This document shows positions 58,601 through 64,000 of a stretch of 64,000 nt of DNA, piece by piece. The notes under the pieces are model-generated. The model saw nothing but the letters and a program-made list of their open reading frames with translations. It was not told the DNA's origin and ran no database searches. Numbering within the stretch: the stretch's first letter is position 1; every line of letters starts with the position of its first letter. The position numbers and the translations under genes are program-made. Source of the stretch: Acidobacteriota bacterium (lineage in GTDB: Bacteria > Acidobacteriota > Aminicenantia > UBA2199); assembly GCA_030837085.1 (NCBI GenBank), contig JAUPLE010000150.1:3016-67015 (forward strand), read 5' to 3'.

Positions 58601-60759
58601 AATTTCAGCCTATTTTCATTGCCAGAAGCTATAGACCAACAATGGATAATATTATCAGGTACATTCCCGGATTTCAAAAGCTCTTTGAATAACATGTCGT
58701 AACTATTAGTGTCCTGTGGATTAACTGTATACTCATTGAAATTAATCCCTCGATAGGCTGCCCCGGGTCTAACAATCACCATATTAGTATTTTCTTCTTT
58801 CAACCGTTCTGCCAGATGCTCCCCCACCGGAACACCATTCAAAAACAAAAGCCAAATAGATTGCGTTCGCGATCTTTCTATACTATTAGGAAGGGGTGAA
58901 TATGTCCATGTCGGTATATAAAACCAACCTGTCATATCATGAATTTTTTCCAGACGCTTTTTTGGAAAAAGAGATTCTTCTTTAATAAATGGATCCATAT
59001 CAATCCAATAACGTTGCTTTTCAAAGGGATATTTAGGAAGTGGGACACAGTAGCCATTGTTGTTTTTTGAATAAAATTCCTTCCAGTCAATTTTTCGTCC
59101 ATTTAACCATAACCGACCGATACGAATTAATGATTCCCTATCCACCGTGTTTTCTATTTTAATGGGAGAAGTGACTTCATCTTCAGCTAAAAGCACGTGA
59201 GTTTCACCTGCTTCCGGTGACTTTAAGGCATGTATGATTTCTTCCACCATCGAACATACCGCCATCCACCTGTATTTGAATTCCTTCCGGCCTAAATGCA
59301 ATGTATAAACAACATCTGCAAGGTTTATGCTGGGATTCTTTTCGAGATAATTTGCTAAATTTTGAGTCATTTTTTGCAAAGCGATTTCACTTTTAGCAGA
59401 TAATAATATTAACTGGTATGGTCGTAATAGAGACGACTCTTCATCGACTCCCGCCCTTTTGGGGGGTTCCTCAAGAATAATATGGGCGTTGGTGCCGCCC
59501 TGGCCAAAGGAACTGATCCCTGCTCGCAATGGATATCGCCCATTTTCCCACGCCGTCGGTTTTGAATTGACATAAAAGGGGCTGCTTATAAAATCGATGC
59601 CGGGATTGGGTATTTCAAAATACAAACTGGAAGGAATATAGCTATGTTTTAATACCAATACGGTTTTAATAAATCCTACCACCCCGGCAGCAGAATCCAG
59701 GTGTCCCACATTGGTTTTTACGGAGCCAAGGGCGCAAAAACCTTTTTTATTAGTATTGAAGGCCAATTTTAGCCCTTCGATTTCAACCGGGTCTCCCAGG
59801 GCTGTTCCGGTTCCGTGGGCTTCAATGTAACCAATGCTCTCAGCTTCCACTTCCGCCATTTGAAAAGCCGTTTTAATGACTTCGGCCTGGCCATCAACAC
59901 TGGGGGCGGTGAAACCGGCCTTCCTGACGCCGTCATTGTTTATTGCAGACCCCTTTACCACTGCATAAATATGATCCCTATCAGCAATGGCATCCTGGAG
60001 GCGTTTCAAAACCACAACACCGGCGCCATCCCCAGCGGCAAATCCATTGCCCCCAGCATCAAAAGCCCGACAGTGGCCATCCGGCGATCCGATCATCCCC
60101 TCCTGGTATGTATAACCCCTTTTACGAAAGCGGATAACGGTAACACCGCCGGCTAATGCTATATCGCATTCGCCGTTCAATATGGACTGGCAGCCCAGGT
60201 GTATAGCCACTAATGATGTGGAACAGGCGGTGTATAATACAAAACTCGGCCCCTTTAAATCCAGCTTATAGGAGATACGCAGCGTTAAATAATCCTTCTG
60301 GCTCAACTGATTGGCTGCAAAACTTCCAATTTCACTATCTTTGCCGGATAATAAGACACGTGCTTGCCAGTTGAAATTGGGGGTGGCACCGGCATAAAGA
60401 CCGATTAAACCATCATATATCCCGGGAATACAGCCGGCATCTTCTAATGCCGCCCATACGCATTCATGAAAAATCCGCACCTGGGGATCCATAATTTCGG
60501 CTTCTCTCGGTGTATATCCAAAAAAAGGGGCGTCAAAGCACTCGATTCCTTCGATTATGCCGCTGGCTTTTACATAATGAGGATGCTCCAGTAACGCCGG
60601 ATCAAGACCATCGTCAAGCAATTCTTCATCGCTGAAAAACGAGATGGACTCCCTACCGTTTTTTATATTATCCCAGAATTCATGAATATCCACTGCACCG
60701 GGAAATTTCCCTGCCATTCCGATCACAGCGATCTCCAATCCTGTTCGTTCTTTCTCCAT
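55645..60759 (-). CDS. PKS-NRPS protein KS - (AT excised) - KR - ACP - C (1704 aa), tail ...PKMELEF
   Basis: KS motifs YTACSTSLVAIHLGC, EAHGTGTALGD, NVGHLDSAAG. The KS-AT linker (ILLSAKSEIALQ...) joins the post-AT linker (IRIGRLWLNGRKIDWKEFY) with no GQGAQ/GHSxG between. KR YLITGGLGGMG, FSSIGNLLYKIKFGQVGYNAG. ACP FFELGGDSLK. C THHIISDGISM. Confidence 0.85.
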   Translation of the reverse strand: MEKERTGLEIAVIGMAGKFPGAVDIHEFWDNIKNGRESISFFSDEELLDDGLDPALLEHPHYVKASGIIEGIECFDAPFFGYTPREAEIMDPQVRIFHECVWAALEDAGCIPGIYDGLIGLYAGATPNFNWQARVLLSGKDSEIGSFAANQLSQKDYLTLRISYKLDLKGPSFVLYTACSTSLVAIHLGCQSILNGECDIALAGGVTVIRFRKRGYTYQEGMIGSPDGHCRAFDAGGNGFAAGDGAGVVVLKRLQDAIADRDHIYAVVKGSAINNDGVRKAGFTAPSVDGQAEVIKTAFQMAEVEAESIGYIEAHGTGTALGDPVEIEGLKLAFNTNKKGFCALGSVKTNVGHLDSAAGVVGFIKTVLVLKHSYIPSSLYFEIPNPGIDFISSPFYVNSKPTAWENGRYPLRAGISSFGQGGTNAHIILEEPPKRAGVDEESSLLRPYQLILLSAKSEIALQKMTQNLANYLEKNPSINLADVVYTLHLGRKEFKYRWMAVCSMVEEIIHALKSPEAGETHVLLAEDEVTSPIKIENTVDRESLIRIGRLWLNGRKIDWKEFYSKNNNGYCVPLPKYPFEKQRYWIDMDPFIKEESLFPKKRLEKIHDMTGWFYIPTWTYSPLPNSIERSRTQSIWLLFLNGVPVGEHLAERLKEENTNMVIVRPGAAYRGINFNEYTVNPQDTNSYDMLFKELLKSGNVPDNIIHCWSIASGNENRLKLGIIDQVQDLGLYSLLNIAQAIGKNSIYHEIQLGVITSSMQSATGEEALCPEKATILGPVKVIPLEYSNVCCRSIDIIDPGLDVDKMDLLVTQILREFSTNFSEHLVVAYRGSYRWKESYEPIRLNGNSQNSCRFKENGVYLITGGLGGMGFTIAEHMARRHKSRLILIDILDFPPRDQWDDCLTRDDKEGETFCQQIRKIREMENLGAEIYIHHVDVSNYERMKEAIGKSEERFGKINGVIHAAGLIDYAGVIHRRTREMTEELLAAKVRGTLVINELLANNKLDFMVLFSSIGNLLYKIKFGQVGYNAGHEFLGVFAYYKQKQGTYTVTIDWCDWSEVGMAIKAAKAANLSTDLSDNILAISPSQGIQVFDRILENDLAHVIISSRDLGEVVKYVDNYNIKLESGIVDSLDDDHFDTFYERPKISTSYTPPENKTQQELVNIWQRFFGIKPVGIDDDFFELGGDSLKIIAVVARIQKEIGTRVPIPEFFNTPTIKGLANYISGKLDNEIPLVLMEIELTEEKEYYSLSSAQKRIYLMQEIQPDSFGYNMPNMVILEGECDKDRLGKIFRKLIERHESLRTSFVMVNDTPVQKVHKSVDFEIDYYDLSKNDISPGASILVNEKIDKMIKTFVRAFDLSKAPLLRVGVIKIAETEHFLIVDTHHIISDGISMGIFVREFMILMVGKELTSLKLQFKDYSEWQSNPEVKLALKHQEDYWLKEFSGGIPELNMPFDYERPPYQSFEGGWVKSEITEKETTDIKELAREEDVTLFMVLIAFYSVLLAKLSGQEDIIIGTGIAGRRFPDIEPLIGMFVNTLAIRNYPCKEKTFKVFLAEVREKALLAFENQDYQFEELVEKILVSRKMGRNPLFDVALILQNQKNETRAVDDISGTGPSGLKFRPYKYDNQASKFDMAFFCEDIQGKVRFTVEYCSKLFKQETIEKFIAYFKQIIASVIDNKDIKIKDITISHHFLSATVDQPKMELEF

Positions 60760-60762
60760 TTT

Positions 60763-63477
60763 TTATCCTTTCCCAGCTTCCAGTCGCTTCTGAAGTCGCT
60801 GCCGCCGGTCCATTTTGCCTCTTTCAAGGGCTGCCGATCGATCGCGATGGTCTGCCATTGATACCTCTTTTTTAGCGTTGGGATTTAAATACTCCGCTAA
60901 CGAATGCACGGTGGTATACCGGAACATGCTGACTATCGGTATTTCCAACTGGAATACTTCTCTTAACTTGCCATTTATCCTGATAATATCGAAAGAGGTT
61001 CCACCCACCTCGAAATAGTTGTCGTGGATGCCGACTTTATCCCGGTTTAAAACTTCCTGCCATATCCCGGCGATCTTTTTCTCTATTTCATTTTGTGGGG
61101 CCACATAAGTGGCGCTGGGATCTATTCGTTTGGCCAATAACTCCAGGGCCTTGCGGTCCACTTTCCCATTGAGAGTCAGGGGTATTTTTTCTACTTGCAT
61201 AAAATGCGCCGGAATCATATAGTCGGGCAGTACACCGGCCAGGTATTCCCTCAATTGGGGAATATTAAATTCTTTTTCCGTCGCAATATATGCAAATAGG
61301 GACGGAACAGCGCCAGCGCTTTCCTTAAATAATACTACGGCCCCTTTTATGTCTTCATGCTTCAATAGTTGAGTTTCGATTTCTCCCAATTCGATGCGGA
61401 AACCCCTTATCTTTACCTGGTGATCGATGCGGCCTAAAAATTCGATGTTACCGTCGGGCAACCACCGGGCCAGGTCGCCGGTACGATAAAACTTTGAATG
61501 ATGAGTGATGAATGATGAATGATGAAGATCGATAAATTTTTCCGCGGTTAATTCCGGGCGGTTCAAATATCCCCTGGCTAACCCTACTCCTGAGATGCAC
61601 AGCTCCCCTTTTACTCCAATGGGTTGGAAACGCTGGTTTTGATCTACTATGTGTAAATTGATATTATCGATAGGTCTACCGATTGGTATCTCATTGATGT
61701 TTTCTCCAGCCAAACAATTAAAGAAAGAGACATCTACGGTGGCTTCCGTAGGGCCGTATAAATTTACCAAATTGACGCCGAATTTGGCGGTCAACAATTG
61801 TCGGAACATTGCAACCTGACGCCCCCCTAATGCTTCCCCACTGGAAAATACCTGTCTTAAATTGGAAAGCCCGGTCAGGTTGACGGAATATTCACAATAT
61901 TCCAGAAAAACCTGCAACATGGAGGGGACAAAGTGTATTGTACTGATCTTGTTTCTTGCGATGGTTTTTATTATCGCTTCCGGGCTTTTTTCTTCATCGA
62001 CGCCCAGAAGGCAAAGCGAAGCGCCCTGGAAGGACCACCAGAATAATTCCCATACAGACACATCGAAAACTGCAGGTGTTTTTTGCAAGATCACATCCCC
62101 TGGGTTGATTGGGTAATATTTTTGCATCCAATGGAGCCGATTCACCACTGAGTGATGTTCGATCATTACACCTTTTGGATTCCCTGTGGATCCAGATGTG
62201 TAAATGACATAGGCGATATTTGAAGAATTGGAAGCGTGGCAGCATGGAAGCGTGGAAGGGTGGAAATTAGAAGGTTCTAAAGAATCTATAAAAATAATTT
62301 CAACATCCTTCTTCTCTTTTGCTATTCCACTCTTCCAATCTTCCGCCCTTCTTATCATTATCTTTGCTGCACTGTCCTTCAACATGTAATTGATGCGTGC
62401 TTCCGGGTATTGCGGGTTGATGGGCAAATATGCGCCCCCGGATTTTAAGATACCGAAAATTCCGATAATCATCTCCAGGGACCGTACCACCATAATACCC
62501 ACTATGATATTGGGTTTCACTCCTTTTTCTCTTAATAGGCCGGCCAATTTACCGGAGCTTTCGTTCAATTCCCGATAAGAAAGATACGTCTTCTCTTCTT
62601 CTCTTCTTCTCTTCTTCGCATCTCCTTCTGCTCCTACAACCGCGATATGGTCCGGCGATCTCTCAGCCTGCGCCTCGAACAATTGATGTATGGTTTTATC
62701 CCTTGGATATTCCGCTGCCGTATCGTTAAATTCATATAATAATTGCTGTTTTTCTTCAACGGTCAAGACATCCAACAGATACACCTTCTGTCCCGGGTTC
62801 TCTACCATGCCATCCAGCAAGTGGAGCACATTCCTGCTGAATCGTTCAGCCGTTTCCCCGGCATGGGGGGATGAAGGATATTTTACTGTTATAACCATTT
62901 GTGTATTAGACTCAGATAGGACAAACACCAGGTCGAAACGGTCAAGATACCGGTTTTCCACTTGCAGCGAATCATAAGTTAGAGCAATCTTGAAGATGTT
63001 TATAGATCTGTTATTATTTATTTCCTGTAATTCCGCTAAAATACAATCTAAAGAGAATTCCGAATAATTAACCGCCTCGATCACTTCCTGTTTAGTTTGA
63101 TCAATCAACTCTTTAACGGTCAAAGGAGAGGAAATCCGGTTCCTGCAAAATAGTATATTCCTATCCTTCCCGTCATTTCCGCCTGCTACAGGGGGCATTA
63201 TACCCACGATCAAATCTTCAATACCTGTATATTTGTTCAGAACGATATTCAAGGCGCTGAGAAACAAAATAAACAAACCGATATCGGAATTTTTAGCTAT
63301 TTTTTTCAATTTAACTATTAACTCCTCCGGGATGTTTAATTGAAAGGAAAGGGCCTGAGATTTCGCTGTGGTTTCTTTTATTATATCATGTATTGATGGC
63401 AACGATATTACCGGCAATTCTCCCGACAGTTTTTTCAGCCAGTATTCGTCGATAACTGTCTTTTTTATCTGCTCCAT
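60763..63477 (-). CDS. NRPS module Clobe - A - T (904 aa) with a basic C-terminal tail, feeding the downstream KS
   Basis: Clobe (DEYWLKKLSGE, NYSEFSLD). A motifs LSYRELNESSGKLA, AYVIYTSGSTGNPKG, FDVSVWELF, NLYGPTEAT, YRTGDLARW, GRIDHQVKIRGFRIELGEIE, LPDYMIP, LNGKVDRKAL. T YFEVGGTSF. Tail ...RRQRLQKRLEAGKG. Confidence 0.85.
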   Translation of the reverse strand: MEQIKKTVIDEYWLKKLSGELPVISLPSIHDIIKETTAKSQALSFQLNIPEELIVKLKKIAKNSDIGLFILFLSALNIVLNKYTGIEDLIVGIMPPVAGGNDGKDRNILFCRNRISSPLTVKELIDQTKQEVIEAVNYSEFSLDCILAELQEINNNRSINIFKIALTYDSLQVENRYLDRFDLVFVLSESNTQMVITVKYPSSPHAGETAERFSRNVLHLLDGMVENPGQKVYLLDVLTVEEKQQLLYEFNDTAAEYPRDKTIHQLFEAQAERSPDHIAVVGAEGDAKKRRREEEKTYLSYRELNESSGKLAGLLREKGVKPNIIVGIMVVRSLEMIIGIFGILKSGGAYLPINPQYPEARINYMLKDSAAKIMIRRAEDWKSGIAKEKKDVEIIFIDSLEPSNFHPSTLPCCHASNSSNIAYVIYTSGSTGNPKGVMIEHHSVVNRLHWMQKYYPINPGDVILQKTPAVFDVSVWELFWWSFQGASLCLLGVDEEKSPEAIIKTIARNKISTIHFVPSMLQVFLEYCEYSVNLTGLSNLRQVFSSGEALGGRQVAMFRQLLTAKFGVNLVNLYGPTEATVDVSFFNCLAGENINEIPIGRPIDNINLHIVDQNQRFQPIGVKGELCISGVGLARGYLNRPELTAEKFIDLHHSSFITHHSKFYRTGDLARWLPDGNIEFLGRIDHQVKIRGFRIELGEIETQLLKHEDIKGAVVLFKESAGAVPSLFAYIATEKEFNIPQLREYLAGVLPDYMIPAHFMQVEKIPLTLNGKVDRKALELLAKRIDPSATYVAPQNEIEKKIAGIWQEVLNRDKVGIHDNYFEVGGTSFDIIRINGKLREVFQLEIPIVSMFRYTTVHSLAEYLNPNAKKEVSMADHRDRSAALERGKMDRRQRLQKRLEAGKG
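61496..61523. repeat. Tandem heptamer gaatgat gagtgat gaatgat gaatgat in an A domain; encodes HHSSFITHHS before YRTGDL
   Basis: Read directly. Confidence 0.8.
62591..62614. repeat. Perfect 3x tandem octamer (ttctcttc)3 in the A-domain N-terminal coding region; encodes KKRRREEEK
   Basis: Read directly. Nearby at 62221-62270 there are tggaagcgtgg-type imperfect repeats. Confidence 0.8.
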
Positions 63478-63505
63478 ATATATTTTTCTCCGGGGCTATC
63501 ACATT

Positions 63506-64000
63506 TTAAAAATCAAACTCAATCTCTTTTACCTTACCAAGTTCTTTTTCGACGGGAATCGTATAATCCAGGTACTGGAGTTTAGCTTGCCGGTTGTTCA
63601 ATATATTTTCGACCAGGATTAAAAAACGTTCCTTCATCAACTCGATGGTCTCACGTTTGAACAATTTTGAACAATACTGGAAAGTACAGGAAATGCCGTT
63701 CTCTCTTTCCGATGCTTCTAAAGTTAAATCAAACTTGGATGTTTTCATTTCTAGCCCGTATGGCGCCGCCTTTACTTCCATTACAACTACACCTTTATCG
63801 CCCATCGACGTTATGGTCTGCAGTACAAAGGCGACATCGAACAGGGGATTTCGGCTGCGATTGTTTCTTAAGTTCAGCTTATTTACCAATAAACTGAAAG
63901 GATAGTCCTGGTTATCAAATGCTTCCAGGGTATTTTGTTTCACTTCCCGTAACAAGTCTTCAAAAGTTTTATGGGCCGCCGGCCGGTTTCTTAAAGCCAG
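63506..64000 (-). CDS. 3'-terminal part (end of a C domain) of an upstream NRPS gene that continues beyond the window; tail ...KEIEFDF
   Basis: AFDNQDYPFSLL (C6-like), RNPLFDVAFVLQ (C7-like), FQYCSKLFKRETIE. The reading frame is open to position 64000. Confidence 0.8.
   Translation of the reverse strand: MALRNRPAAHKTFEDLLREVKQNTLEAFDNQDYPFSLLVNKLNLRNNRSRNPLFDVAFVLQTITSMGDKGVVVMEVKAAPYGLEMKTSKFDLTLEASERENGISCTFQYCSKLFKRETIELMKERFLILVENILNNRQAKLQYLDYTIPVEKELGKVKEIEFDF

Noticed and set aside
55645-60759. Classifying the AT-less KS module as part of a canonical trans-AT PKS
   Set aside because: There are no tandem ACPs, no trans-AT docking remnants and no discrete AT gene in the window. The flanking linkers match the cis-AT module in the same cluster, which is more consistent with a local AT deletion. 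How the module is malonylated is left open.

Overview
The window is almost entirely one minus-strand hybrid NRPS/PKS gene array. Thirteen tightly packed genes run from 64000 (the array continues beyond the window) down to 4337. A transporter gene, a lipoprotein gene and a truncated hypothetical gene follow at the low-coordinate end. All long plus-strand ORFs in the track are antisense artefacts of the megasynthase genes.

Read in transcription order (high to low coordinate):
- 63506..64000: the C-terminal end of an upstream condensation (C) domain.
- 60763..63477: Clobe-A-T.
- 55645..60759: KS-KR-ACP-C, with the AT domain missing.
- 47966..55630: Clobe-[B12-rSAM]-A-T-C, where the A domain carries an embedded ThiF/E1-like domain.
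- 42232..47943 and 36478..42162: two paralogous Clobe-A-T-C proteins, each with an rSAM-B12 didomain inserted between A core motifs a2 and a3.
- 27415..36429: a FAAL-ACP-KS-AT-KR-ACP-sulfotransferase-C protein. This matches the olefin-synthase (Ols)/CurM arrangement but ends in a C domain instead of a thioesterase.
- 25995..27374: a class-III aminotransferase.
- 18660..25961: Clobe-A-T-C-A-T-C.
- 17488..18429: a small stand-alone B12-binding-domain protein whose canonical N-terminus lies upstream behind an in-frame TAG.
- 8416..17454: Clobe-A-T-C-A-T-C-A-T.
- 4337..8419: TubC-like docking domain-C-A-T-TE.

Three unusual themes stand out:
1. Cobalamin-type radical-SAM domains are fused in cis into three NRPS modules, in two different domain orders.
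2. A ThiF/MoeB E1-like domain plus a degenerate A fragment sits at the a8-a9 site of one A domain.
3. Every protein that ends in a full C domain carries a short aromatic C-terminal tail (…EFDF/NFNF/GFGF/AFEF/ELEF). Every partner protein begins with a duplicated C-terminal lobe of a C domain ('Clobe') fused to its A domain. The B12-binding protein ends in the same tail type (…AWEF).

Two further points: A-domain surface loops contain perfect 7-8 nt tandem repeats, and nearly all genes have strong AAGGAG-type Shine-Dalgarno sites. Domain calls come from motif reading only; no searches were run.
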